From positions 1 to 64,000 of IMG/VR virus record IMGVR_UViG_3300009126_000274: a stretch of DNA of 64,000 nt; one strand, given 5' to 3'. The stretch comes from an uncultured virus (IMG/VR IMGVR_UViG_3300009126_000274). Its lineage: Duplodnaviria; Heunggongvirae; Uroviricota; Caudoviricetes. Below, in pieces: positions 1 through 9,305 of the stretch. Within the stretch, counting starts at the first letter, position 1; each line of letters opens with the position of its first letter. The notes beneath the pieces were generated by a model. That model did not search any database, was not told the DNA's origin, and saw nothing but the letters and a program-made list of their open reading frames with translations. Both the position numbers and the translations under genes were made by a program.

Positions 1-2
1 CG

Positions 3-1088
3 AATACCAATAATACAACATATAGTGGAAGTAACACGAATACCAACACCAATGCTAATACGAACACGAACACCAGCACAAGCTCTAATACGAATGTGAA
101 CACGAATAATAATATTAGTTCAGGTGGTTTGAATAATACAAATACAAATGTTAATACCAATAATAGCACGTCAAATAATACGAACACCAATAATAACACT
201 AGCACGAGTACAAGCAACAACACGAATAATAACACGAACACCAACACCAATAATAACACGAACAATTCAACAGTAAATTCAACATCAAATAATACGAATA
301 CAAATGTTAATACTTCAACTGTTGATCAAAATGTTAATAGTAATTCAACATCAAATAATACGAACACAAATAACAATAATAATACCAGCAATAGTACATC
401 AAATAATACGAACACTAACGTTAATAAAAGTGAAAGCACATCAGATAGTAATGTAACAACCAACAATACTAATAAGAACGAGAACACAAATAAAAATGAA
501 AATATCAACAAAACAGATCAAACAATTAAGCAGGAGATTACCACCAAGGCTCCTCCTGCTAGTGCTATTGCGCCTTCCATCGGCTCTAGCTACAGTCAGG
601 ACCTCTGTACCACTGGTGTATCCGGTGCTTTCCAAGGGCAAGTATTTGGTTTATCAGGCGGTAAAAGCGTTAGGGATATGAACTGTGAACGTATTAAGTT
701 ATCTAAAACAGTTTACGATATGGGTATGAAAGTAGCAGCAGTTAGTTTAATGTGCCAAGATGATAGAGTATTCCAGGCCATGGAGATGGCTGGAACGCCT
801 TGTCCTTACATGGGTAAGATTGGAGACGAAGCTACAGCAGCGTGGGAAGAAAATGCACAAGAAAGACCTGACTACAAGGACAATAAGAAGAAGATAAAAG
901 AACAAATTAAACGAAAAGAGGAAGAGATAGCTGCCCTGAAAGAGAAAGAAGAATATGAAGCAGACGCCCCACGTAGAGAGTTTATGGCAGAATGTAAGGG
1001 CTCTAGACATGAAGCAGGGAAACACAAAGGCAAAAGAAAGTCCAATGGCACTTGTAGGAAAGAATGGAAAGAATTAAGCAATTCATAA
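3..1088 (+). CDS. Asn/Thr/Ser-rich low-complexity protein with Cys-containing C-terminal domain (5'-truncated by window edge)
   Basis: The frame of ORF 96..1088 stays open back to position 3 (NTNNTTYSGSNTNTNT...). An N/T/S stalk is followed by PPASAIAP..DLCTTGVSG..NCERIKLSK..LMCQDDRVFQAM..GTPCP. Confidence 0.8.
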   Translation, partial: NTNNTTYSGSNTNTNTNANTNTNTSTSSNTNVNTNNNISSGGLNNTNTNVNTNNSTSNNTNTNNNTSTSTSNNTNNNTNTNTNNNTNNSTVNSTSNNTNTNVNTSTVDQNVNSNSTSNNTNTNNNNNTSNSTSNNTNTNVNKSESTSDSNVTTNNTNKNENTNKNENINKTDQTIKQEITTKAPPASAIAPSIGSSYSQDLCTTGVSGAFQGQVFGLSGGKSVRDMNCERIKLSKTVYDMGMKVAAVSLMCQDDRVFQAMEMAGTPCPYMGKIGDEATAAWEENAQERPDYKDNKKKIKEQIKRKEEEIAALKEKEEYEADAPRREFMAECKGSRHEAGKHKGKRKSNGTCRKEWKELSNS

Positions 1089-4000
1089 TAGCAGGCCTTT
1101 TGTTATGTGCTAGCTGGGGTGTTAGTGCCGATAACAATTCAGATTGTGCAAACAGTCAAAGTTGTTATAATAGTGGAGTTTACATTTATGAAGGTAGTCA
1201 AGACCTTGTTGACCTTTATAATATGTCCGGCACTACTAACCTCAATGCTAGTGACGATAGTTGGTCTCCACAAGTTGATCTTGGTATGGAATGGGATAGG
1301 TGGGATCAAACTTGGGGACATGCTAAAATGTCTACCAATGGTTGTGTAAACTTTAGAGGTGGATCATCAGGTGGTAATAGTAATGTCTGTAATGACTACA
1401 CACCACAATCTCTACCTTATCGAAACTATACCTTATATCCAATGTGGACTGATTTAATTAGAGGAACAGCATCAGGTGGACAAACTTCCAAGATGTTATT
1501 TAAAGATTTCGGTGATTATGTTGTCTTTGGTTGGTATTACATGAAAGAGTTTAATAGAAATTCAAGTAATAGTTTTGAAGCAATACTATATGCTAATAAT
1601 TCATACGAATACAGATACAGAGAATTAGATATTATTAACCATGATGTTCTTATAGGCGAACAAGGTAATAACTCAACTACTCCATCAGATACAAAAACAT
1701 TTCTATACTATAATGATTATACACAAGCTTTAGGTGGGTGTCAGACTTTTGATATGTTTTTAGAGGGTGCATCTCAATGTAATACACAATATGGAAATGC
1801 TGGTGGGCCTGATTTAGAAAATGGTGGTTCATTATTCTCTGGTTCATTTGAGGATATGTGTGAACTTAATGCTTTATATAGTACAAATTGTTCAGGATAC
1901 GCAGCAGCTTACTTAGCTCAACAATGTGCTCTAGATGCTTTATATAATTCAGCATGTTCAGGATATGCAGCAGCTTATTTAGCTCAACAATGCGCTTTAA
2001 ATACATTGTATGATGAAGATTGTACAGGATACGCAGCAGCTTTATTAATATATGAATGTGATTTAGATGTATTTTATTCCACACAATGCGACGGATATGC
2101 TAGTGCATTGGCACAAGAAGAAGCTTTGTATGATGCTATATATGGGACAGACGAGGATTATGGATATGATGATGGTAGTGATGATGGAAGTGATTATGGT
2201 TATGATGAATATGGAAATGCCTACGCAGAAGAAGACATGTGGTATGATGAAGAATATGGTGAATATTTAGATCCTAATGATCCTTGTTATCAAAATGCTT
2301 GTGCAGACTTTACAGATGCTGATTGGTATGCACTAGACATAGAACAATTTGGGCAAGAGCAAGTTGACGAATGGTATGGCCAAGATGTAGAGTTCTCAGA
2401 CGAAGGTTATATAGACTACGGCACACAGACAGAAGAAGAGTATTGGACAAACATTGATGAGGGTATGGATGAATATGATCAAGAGCAACAAGAAATGTAT
2501 GATTCGTTTACAGAAGAAGATTGGTATGCTTATGATGTAGAGGAGTATGGCCAAGAACAAGTAGATGAATGGTATGGAACAGAAGTAGAATTTACTGAAG
2601 ATGGAACGTTTGCTTACGAAGAAGAACAATTTTATGAAGAAGAACAGTTTGAAGAACAATATAGTGAAGAAATTTATTTAACAGATGCTGAATGGTATGA
2701 AATAGACATAGAAGAGTTTGGCCAAGAGCAGGTAGATGAGTGGTATGGCGAAGATGTAACGTTTGATGAGGAAGGTTATATACCTGAAACCCATTGGGAA
2801 GAAATGTATGAAGAAGAGCTACTAGCACAAAACTTAACACAAGAAGAGATTTATATATTAGAAGAAGAAGTTGGTGTTGAAATATTCGTTGAAGAAGAGT
2901 GGGTACCTGAAGAAGAAAATGAGATATATGAGGAAGTGTTAGAGGATTATGAAAGAGAAGCTCTTGAAGAACAAGAAGAAGAGATATTCGAAGATTTTGA
3001 TGAAACGTATGACGAAGAAGAGCTTTACATAGAAGAAGATGAGGCATTCGAAGACTTAATAGATGAAGAAGAGTTAGAAGAACTTATTAATGAAGAACAC
3101 GAAGAAGAGTTCTTTGAAGAAGAGGAGCAACAAGAAGAAGAACAACAAGAGAGCAAACAAATATATGCAGGACCTACTAATTCAGGCCAGGGAACACAAG
3201 TAGCTCAACAAGAACTGCAGACCTTTACTGCACAAGTAGCTCAACAAGAACAACAACAAGAACAACAAACAATACAACAAGCAGTATCACAAGACTCGTC
3301 ATCAAGCAGTTCACAAGCAGTTGTTGCAGAGATAGATTTTGGTGGCACACAAGAAGAACAACAAACAGTTGCTGAAGTCATACAAGAACAGTTAGACGAC
3401 GGTTCAGGTAGTACCACAGGAGGCAGTTTTGACAGTAATTCATATTCAAGTGGTAGCAGTAGTAGTGGTAGTAGCGGTTTTGTAGCTAGTAGTAGTCAAC
3501 AGGAACAAATAACACAGTCTACAGGTAATTCATTTATTGCAGAACAGCAAGAACAACAAACAGGTCAATCACAGATACAAGTAGCAGAAGTAGAATCAGG
3601 GCCTGCAGTAACAGCTTTTGAAGTAGCAGAACAACAACAAGAAACACAAGAAGAACAACAAGAATTAACCTTTGATGATGGTTCTAACTTTACCGTAGCA
3701 GATCAGAACTTTGAAAGTTCGTTTGATGACGCTTTAGGGGCGGGACAATCAATAGGACAGTTTTTAAGTAACCAACAACCTAACTTTGCTAAGTTTGATG
3801 TTGCACCACCTACTGTTGACGAACAACAAGTTACATCAGCTGTTGAATCATTAGCAGATAGAATGGGATCACAAGTAGCAGCTCAAAACTTACAAACACA
3901 ATTAGATAACGTGCAACAAGGTGGAGGGTTTGATGTAGATCAAACAGCAACGGTTGCTTTTATAGGTTATAGTTCAGGGTTCAGTGATTATACTGGACAA

Positions 4001-4153
4001 GAACAATTATCAGATAAGGATGATTGGTACATATCTAAAACAATGTACCCTGGCAACAATGTTAAAGATAATGATTTAAGTTTTTATATGATGGCGGGTA
4101 GAACCCAAGGTAAATTACAAAAAATGATAGACAGTCAATATAATAGGGAGTAA
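1064..4153 (+). CDS. Secreted hyper-acidic 1029-aa protein: NIDO-like N-terminal domain, Cys repeats, D/E/Y-rich repeats, Q/E/S-rich tail
   Basis: Signal-peptide-like start MERIKQFIIAGLLLCASWGVSA. YPMWTDL...SFEAILY..N.YEYRY resembles nidogen-like domains. Very high E/D content. Confidence 0.8.
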   Translation: MERIKQFIIAGLLLCASWGVSADNNSDCANSQSCYNSGVYIYEGSQDLVDLYNMSGTTNLNASDDSWSPQVDLGMEWDRWDQTWGHAKMSTNGCVNFRGGSSGGNSNVCNDYTPQSLPYRNYTLYPMWTDLIRGTASGGQTSKMLFKDFGDYVVFGWYYMKEFNRNSSNSFEAILYANNSYEYRYRELDIINHDVLIGEQGNNSTTPSDTKTFLYYNDYTQALGGCQTFDMFLEGASQCNTQYGNAGGPDLENGGSLFSGSFEDMCELNALYSTNCSGYAAAYLAQQCALDALYNSACSGYAAAYLAQQCALNTLYDEDCTGYAAALLIYECDLDVFYSTQCDGYASALAQEEALYDAIYGTDEDYGYDDGSDDGSDYGYDEYGNAYAEEDMWYDEEYGEYLDPNDPCYQNACADFTDADWYALDIEQFGQEQVDEWYGQDVEFSDEGYIDYGTQTEEEYWTNIDEGMDEYDQEQQEMYDSFTEEDWYAYDVEEYGQEQVDEWYGTEVEFTEDGTFAYEEEQFYEEEQFEEQYSEEIYLTDAEWYEIDIEEFGQEQVDEWYGEDVTFDEEGYIPETHWEEMYEEELLAQNLTQEEIYILEEEVGVEIFVEEEWVPEEENEIYEEVLEDYEREALEEQEEEIFEDFDETYDEEELYIEEDEAFEDLIDEEELEELINEEHEEEFFEEEEQQEEEQQESKQIYAGPTNSGQGTQVAQQELQTFTAQVAQQEQQQEQQTIQQAVSQDSSSSSSQAVVAEIDFGGTQEEQQTVAEVIQEQLDDGSGSTTGGSFDSNSYSSGSSSSGSSGFVASSSQQEQITQSTGNSFIAEQQEQQTGQSQIQVAEVESGPAVTAFEVAEQQQETQEEQQELTFDDGSNFTVADQNFESSFDDALGAGQSIGQFLSNQQPNFAKFDVAPPTVDEQQVTSAVESLADRMGSQVAAQNLQTQLDNVQQGGGFDVDQTATVAFIGYSSGFSDYTGQEQLSDKDDWYISKTMYPGNNVKDNDLSFYMMAGRTQGKLQKMIDSQYNRE
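1859..2122 (+). repeat. Four tandem 66-nt (22-aa) coding repeats, C.L..(L/F)Y...C.GYA.A
   Basis: Copies start at about 1859, 1925, 1991 and 2057 (e.g. CALDALYNSACSGYAAAYLAQQ). Confidence 0.9.
2306..2770 (+). repeat. Three dispersed ~30-aa coding repeats, T...WY..D(I/V)E.(F/Y)GQEQVDEWYG..V.F
   Basis: GQEQVDEWYG occurs three times in the translation; the repeat units start at about 2306, 2504 and 2678. Confidence 0.9.
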
Positions 4154-4156
4154 AAA

Positions 4157-4504
4157 ATGGCAGAAGAAAAACAAATAGCACTTAAAGAATCAAGCCAAAT
4201 AACTCTAGACGTAAAAAGTTTAATAGGCATACTTGCCATTATTCTATCAATAGCAGGTGTATATTTTACACTAACAGGATCGTTAGCAACAACAAAGTTA
4301 GATGTTATTAGAATGCAAGATGCTGTAGAAATGAACTCTGAGTTTAGAGTTAAATGGCCAAGAGGTGAACTCGGTGCTTTGCCTGATGATGCGGTTCAAG
4401 ATTTAAATATTGAGTATCTTCAAAAGGAGATGGATCAATTACAAAAAGAATTTGATGAACACATGAAGGCGCATAATAAAAATAGTAAGAAATTAGGAGA
4501 CTAA
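4157..4504 (+). CDS. Single-TM membrane protein with coiled-coil C-terminus
   Basis: Hydrophobic segment LIGILAIILSIAGVYF; SD GGAG upstream. Confidence 0.8.
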   Translation: MAEEKQIALKESSQITLDVKSLIGILAIILSIAGVYFTLTGSLATTKLDVIRMQDAVEMNSEFRVKWPRGELGALPDDAVQDLNIEYLQKEMDQLQKEFDEHMKAHNKNSKKLGD

Positions 4505-4505
4505 G

Positions 4506-4937
4506 ATGGCAGAAGTAGAATATAAAGGGCTTAAAATAGGAGGCAGTCAATGGCTTATTATCCTACCTTTACTAGGCTCTATAGTAGGTGGCCTCTGGGG
4601 AGGCTTTCAATTGTATGATAGACTTCTAGACGCAGAAGCAAAACTAGCAAAAGTTAATCCAGTTGCAATACAAGCAGAAGTAGAAAAGCTACAAGGTATA
4701 ACTGATGTAATAAGAGAAGAGTTGGCAGAAGATATAAGGGTATCTAGTCAACTAGCTCGAGATGTTGAAAAGTCCGCAGCAGAGACACAACGAATAATTC
4801 GTAACGATGTTTATGAGATGGAACGTGAAATGCAGTCCAGATTTAAAGAAATGGATGCAGACATTAGAGAAATGCGGGATGATCTAGAAGACAGGATACA
4901 AACGATACTTGAAAACCCACTTAACGATGTGGAATAA
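4506..4937 (+). CDS. Single-TM coiled-coil protein
   Basis: TM segment WLIILPLLGSIVGGLWGGF followed by heptad-rich helix; SD AGGAG. Confidence 0.8.
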   Translation: MAEVEYKGLKIGGSQWLIILPLLGSIVGGLWGGFQLYDRLLDAEAKLAKVNPVAIQAEVEKLQGITDVIREELAEDIRVSSQLARDVEKSAAETQRIIRNDVYEMEREMQSRFKEMDADIREMRDDLEDRIQTILENPLNDVE

Positions 4938-4999
4938 GCTACCCATTTGGGTTATAGGTACACTCGTTTATGGTATAGGCGGGTTTTGTATGTATATGA

Positions 5000-5761
5000 T
5001 TATGTTTTGGACTTAAACGTACAAACAGGTATTGGCTTCATTTTGTGTATGTTTGCTTCTCTTAATTCCAAATATCTCTCATATACTTTCTCAGATAAAG
5101 GATCTGAAGGTGTTAAATTATTTTCTGCCACATTCATTGCCCATTCTAATTCAGAATAACTTATTCCTAACTGATCTTCATCAGTTCTTCCATCAGCCCA
5201 CAAACCATCTGTAGGTGCTGCATCTATTATGTCTTGATTGACACCTAATTTTTCTGCCAAATAATATACTTCTGTTTTTAATAGATCTCCTATAGGGCTT
5301 ATATCAACTCCACCATCTCCATACTTAGTAAAGAACCCTACTCCAAAATCTTCTACTTTATTCCCTGTACCACATACTAGCATATTATTAGCTTGTGCTA
5401 TGTGATATAACGTTAGCATACGGAACCTGGCTTTAGAGTTTACTAATGCTAGCTCATTGCCACAACCCACCCTCGCCATCATTAGCTTAAAATTGTGCAA
5501 TAATTGATTCAGTTCTACAGTTTTTGATCTAATATTATCGAAACGAAGACCTAATTCGTGCATATGAGTTTCTGCTAGTGTAACGCCCTTCTTATTGTGG
5601 ATTTCAGGCATAAAAACTACTATCGTTGGTCTACCTGTCATAGCGCATAGAGTTGATGTTACTGCAGAGTCTACACCCCCTGATATTCCTACAACGAAGC
5701 CTTTATCTGAATAGGCTTCTAGCCAGCTAATGATTTGCGATATTTTGTCTTGTGTTTCCAT
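5000..5761 (-). CDS. nadE: NH3-dependent NAD+ synthetase
   Basis: PP-loop GISGGVDS, N.KAR.RM, GTGNKVE..VGFFTKYGDGGVDISPIGDLLKTEV, APTDGLW..RTDEDQLG. Confidence 0.95.
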   Translation of the reverse strand: METQDKISQIISWLEAYSDKGFVVGISGGVDSAVTSTLCAMTGRPTIVVFMPEIHNKKGVTLAETHMHELGLRFDNIRSKTVELNQLLHNFKLMMARVGCGNELALVNSKARFRMLTLYHIAQANNMLVCGTGNKVEDFGVGFFTKYGDGGVDISPIGDLLKTEVYYLAEKLGVNQDIIDAAPTDGLWADGRTDEDQLGISYSELEWAMNVAENNLTPSDPLSEKVYERYLELREANIHKMKPIPVCTFKSKT

Positions 5762-7019
5762 AATGAATGACTTTTAATTTGTCATTTTTATATTCTCTCC
5801 AGGGATCAACTACAATGGCATCTATATTTAGTTTACAATATAGTTCTGGATGAGCTAATAGGACGACAGCACTATGTGGTCCTTGGAAGAACCTATGATC
5901 CATTGCTAAAGGATCTACTTCTATTACTTCATGTCCTAATTCTTTAACATAATGACCTACCAACAATGAATAGCTTCCTGCTGTGTAACCAACTCCTGGT
6001 TTGTATGATATTCCGTTAAGTAGTATAGGTAATCCTGCTTGCTCTGCTTCACTAACTAAAAACTTGGCTAAATTCTTAGCTTGTATCTCACGAGCATTCA
6101 TAATAGCATCAAAGATGTCATATTCTAATCCTAAGTTCTGTGCCATGTAACGTAGAGCTATATTATCCCTTGGGTGACATGCTCCACCATCTCCCATGCC
6201 GGCCTTCATGTATGCTTTGCTTACAATACGTTGTCTGCTACTAGCTAATGCGTTTGTAACAACATCTACATTAATGTTACCTTGTTTCTCAGCAACATCT
6301 TGTATCATATTAACTAAACCTATTTTCATACTGATAAATGTATTGTAAAATACTTTAATACATTCACATTCGTCCCAAGTGCCTATATGATATTCAGGAT
6401 TGTTTTCCATAATAGTATGATAGAACTCAACTAACTGATTAGCATCTGCTGTTCTCTCGCCGTCTTGTGTACCTATCATTACCATATCAGGATTAACCAT
6501 ATCCCAGCCTACTGTGCCCATGGCAATTAAATAAGGGTTATATACGAACCTTGTATTAGTTACTAAAGGAATAAACTCTCGTCTAACTGTACCTGGCAAT
6601 ACTGTGCTTATTAACACGAGTAGTTGGCTATCGTCCATGTACTTATTTGCTTCTGTTAATACTTCTTGAACTATTTTATAGTCAAAGTCTTTAGGTTCTA
6701 AGTGAGCTGTAGGAGCTTTACCATCGTAAGCAGGATCGTGAGGTGTGGGTACTGCTACAAAGACTATTTCTCTGTCTGCAACACATTCTGCTATGGTATC
6801 TTTTTGTATAACGTTTTGTGTAAGAACTTTAACAACATCATAACCTGTAACGTCATGTTTCTTTGCTATTACCTCAGCACAAGGAAGGCCTAGTTTGCCT
6901 AGTCCTATAAATCCTATTTTACTTGATTGGGTTTGTAGGAGTTGATCTATATCTCCAAATGTTTCTAGTTTGCTTGACGGTGTGATTGTTATCGCCTCGG
7001 CTCCACTATACGACTTCAT
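5727..7019 (-). CDS. UDP-glucose/GDP-mannose dehydrogenase family protein
   Basis: GLGKLG Rossmann motif, FVAVPTP, STVLPGT, catalytic GGACHPRD, SYKPG. Confidence 0.9.
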   Translation of the reverse strand: MKSYSGAEAITITPSSKLETFGDIDQLLQTQSSKIGFIGLGKLGLPCAEVIAKKHDVTGYDVVKVLTQNVIQKDTIAECVADREIVFVAVPTPHDPAYDGKAPTAHLEPKDFDYKIVQEVLTEANKYMDDSQLLVLISTVLPGTVRREFIPLVTNTRFVYNPYLIAMGTVGWDMVNPDMVMIGTQDGERTADANQLVEFYHTIMENNPEYHIGTWDECECIKVFYNTFISMKIGLVNMIQDVAEKQGNINVDVVTNALASSRQRIVSKAYMKAGMGDGGACHPRDNIALRYMAQNLGLEYDIFDAIMNAREIQAKNLAKFLVSEAEQAGLPILLNGISYKPGVGYTAGSYSLLVGHYVKELGHEVIEVDPLAMDHRFFQGPHSAVVLLAHPELYCKLNIDAIVVDPWREYKNDKLKVIHYGNTRQNIANH

Positions 7020-7755
7020 AATCTCTCTCTATATCTTCTTCACTCATTTGCTCTCCATACTGTATTTCAATAATGTGGCAAGGTTTGCTACTGTTATTTG
7101 TTATTTGGTGCCACTCTTCAGCTCGCACCGTAAATACATCATCCTCTTTTAGGACTCTTAATGTATATCTATATTTATCAGTTTTAGCATGCTTCACCAT
7201 GCATTTTCCTTTACTTATAAACCAAATTTCGGATCTTTTAAAATGTCTTTGATAACTAATCTCTTCTCCTGGTGCAATTATAAGTTCTTTCACTTTAACC
7301 TTACCATCTCGGAAGATAACTCTATAAGAACCCCAACGTTTTTTGGTTATTTGTAATATCTTAGAACTGCTGTTTTCTTTCTGATATCCACCTACACCAT
7401 ACACGAAGTTAATGCCTTTTACAAAGACTTCAGGGATATTATCACCTAAACGATCACCACCATTACAAAATATAATGGTATCGTCTTTATTAAACTTGAG
7501 TAGGTAATTTAGGCCAGCTATGGCTGAATTATCTTTGTCATCAAATGATTGTACTTCATCTACAAATTCAAGTGCTTTTAGTATAGCTGCTCTTTCACTG
7601 AATGGCATAAAAGGACTGCCTTTCTTACGTTTTAACCATTCATCGCTATTAAGGAGAACAACGAGTTTGTCTCCCATTTCACTTGCTTCTTTTAGTAGTC
7701 GTAAATGTCCTGAATGTAAGGGATCGAAGCCACCGCTTACTACGGCTATCTTCAT
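7006..7755 (-). CDS. Cytidylyltransferase-family domain fused to mannose-6-phosphate-isomerase-type cupin
   Basis: SGGFDPLHSGH, NSDEWLKRKKG, NGGDR, SSSKIL, then WGSYRV...SYQRHFKRSEIW...WHQI.N...IIEIQYG. Confidence 0.88.
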   Translation of the reverse strand: MKIAVVSGGFDPLHSGHLRLLKEASEMGDKLVVLLNSDEWLKRKKGSPFMPFSERAAILKALEFVDEVQSFDDKDNSAIAGLNYLLKFNKDDTIIFCNGGDRLGDNIPEVFVKGINFVYGVGGYQKENSSSKILQITKKRWGSYRVIFRDGKVKVKELIIAPGEEISYQRHFKRSEIWFISKGKCMVKHAKTDKYRYTLRVLKEDDVFTVRAEEWHQITNNSSKPCHIIEIQYGEQMSEEDIERDYEVV

Positions 7756-8018
7756 TTCTTCTTAGGTGGAAAGTAACCGTTATGCCAATGCTTAGGTTCT
7801 ACCAATCTCTGACCCGGTTCTCCATCCTCTTCCCAACCGTTAAGTAGATCACCCTGGAAGCCCTTAGGTTCATCATCCTTTCCCATAGCGTCTATAAGCA
7901 TAGCTCTATAAGTTCCAGGAAAACCATAAGACGATATCTCATCAGGTTTAATCTTTTCTTTTACGTTCTTGGTTTTAGGACGACGAAGTTTACGCAGTAA
8001 GTTAGTTAAGAAAGCCAT
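7752..8018 (-). CDS. Hypothetical protein
   Basis: ORF overlapping its neighbours; likely start at ATG 8018. Confidence 0.55.
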   Translation of the reverse strand: MAFLTNLLRKLRRPKTKNVKEKIKPDEISSYGFPGTYRAMLIDAMGKDDEPKGFQGDLLNGWEEDGEPGQRLVEPKHWHNGYFPPKKK

Positions 8019-8145
8019 ATATACCACACCATATATTAAGTATCGTCCATTCAAGGGGCACATAAAGTATCGGAACGAGGACGAGGCCTACCAATACGAT
8101 CAACAACCGATTATAATTATCACCTTCACTAAGCCAATTTCTCAT
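8002..8145 (-). CDS. Small membrane protein
   Basis: MRNWLSEGDNYNRLLIVLVGLVLVPILYV...; hydrophobic; SD GGAG. Confidence 0.5.
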   Translation of the reverse strand: MRNWLSEGDNYNRLLIVLVGLVLVPILYVPLEWTILNIWCGIYGFLN

Positions 8146-8146
8146 T

Positions 8147-8410
8147 TCACACACTTCTCCTATATTCAAGCTCTTTAGCATACCGCCACATATTATAATC
8201 TTCTTCAAAGCCCTCGAAATGCCTATCTATGCTAGGATAGGGGTTATATATCGGAGGATATTCGCCAGGTACTGGCTCGGGATATGTGGGTGGATACTTT
8301 ATTAATAAAAACAGAATTCCGGATAAAAATGAAATCCCTAAAATAACGATACCAATGTTAGATAATTTTCTAAGTAGTTCTTTCACTATAATCTGATGTC
8401 CTATTGTCAT
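8147..8410 (-). CDS. Small membrane protein with Pro-rich segment
   Basis: TM IGIVILGISFLSGILFLLI followed by YPPTYPEPVPGEYPP. Confidence 0.55.
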   Translation of the reverse strand: MTIGHQIIVKELLRKLSNIGIVILGISFLSGILFLLIKYPPTYPEPVPGEYPPIYNPYPSIDRHFEGFEEDYNMWRYAKELEYRRSV

Positions 8411-8415
8411 GTTAT

Positions 8416-8535
8416 TTATATAATAACGTAAAAGATTAACCATGGGATAATAACAAATATTGTGAGTAATATTACCAAAGTTCCAAGGGTAATCTGTTCT
8501 TCTTGTAGTATTTCTTTAAAACGACGTATCAACAT
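8416..8535 (-). CDS. 39-aa single-TM peptide (not in ORF track)
   Basis: Hand translation MLIRRFKEILQEEQITLGTLVILLTIFVIIPWLIFYVII; fills the gap between neighbours. Confidence 0.45.
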   Translation of the reverse strand: MLIRRFKEILQEEQITLGTLVILLTIFVIIPWLIFYVII

Positions 8536-8785
8536 GTGGTTTTCCTATATTATAATCAAAAGGCTTACTAATATTCATAAACGTAGGTCTTTTGTCTTTG
8601 CCAACCCATGTAAACCATTTACACATCATGGCAGGAGTAGGATTGTCATAATAATTTAATATAGCTTTCTCATCTCCCAATACACCATTCATGCAATAAA
8701 GCTCTATTTCTTCTACATTAGAGGCAGCAATATACTCAATGGTTCCATTTATGTCCTTACACGAGGCAAATATTATGTTATTCAT
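8516..8785 (-). CDS. Hypothetical early protein (probably leaderless mRNA)
   Basis: ATG lies 6 nt after a TATAAT box. Confidence 0.6.
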   Translation of the reverse strand: MNNIIFASCKDINGTIEYIAASNVEEIELYCMNGVLGDEKAILNYYDNPTPAMMCKWFTWVGKDKRPTFMNISKPFDYNIGKPHVDTSF

Positions 8786-8791
8786 GCTACT

Positions 8792-8820
8792 ATTATACGG
8801 TACGAACGACCATAATACAA
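8792..8820 (-). promoter_or_regulatory. sigma70-type early/middle promoter
   Basis: TTGTAT-17 bp-TATAAT. Confidence 0.7.
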
Positions 8821-9305
8821 GAGGCCTCTATACCAAAAGACACGAAAAGGGTTAAAGGTTTTTTGGTACCGGAATTTCGCCTTTTTCATACTAGCGCGTT
8901 TTCTCTAGTTTTTGGCAAGATTTCTACCACCCTTTTTTGAACACTTTTTTGGCGCAAAAAATTTAAAAGAAAAAGAGATGTGGCCTATATACCCTTATAC
9001 GCTGGACCAGAATATACGATTTTCATAGCTCACCTGAGGGTTCTTAGGCCTGATGCTAGGGTATGGCTCTCTGTACGCGCTAGCCCCTCTGCGTACGCGC
9101 GTGACTGCTCTATCTCTATACTCGTGGTCTCTGTCTCTATTAGAGCTGGATTAGGTCTTATCGGGGCGGGCGGGTCAGGCCTGCTGGGGCGGAATCAGGG
9201 TGGAGGGTCTTAGAGGGGCTTAACTGCTTTTGGTGGTCTTAGTGCTTGACACGTCACTCATGGCTATCAGAGGCTCTTTTCTAGGGTCTCTGAGTGCTTC
9301 TTAGT
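8821..9305. other. Non-coding block with A/T tracts followed by a GC-rich, G-run-rich segment (candidate origin or packaging region)
   Basis: No credible ORF; TTTTTTGGCGCAAAAAA tract; seven G-runs of 3 or more between 9163 and 9218. Confidence 0.45.

Noticed and set aside
1..520. Repetitive AAT/AAC-rich DNA as a CRISPR array or non-coding tandem repeat
   Set aside because: It is an open Asn/Thr-rich reading frame with degenerate codons. There is no fixed repeat-spacer structure and no cas genes.
8980..9213. Plus-strand 77-aa ORF across the GC-rich island
   Set aside because: No SD, atypical codon usage and orientation opposite to its neighbours; better explained as non-coding.
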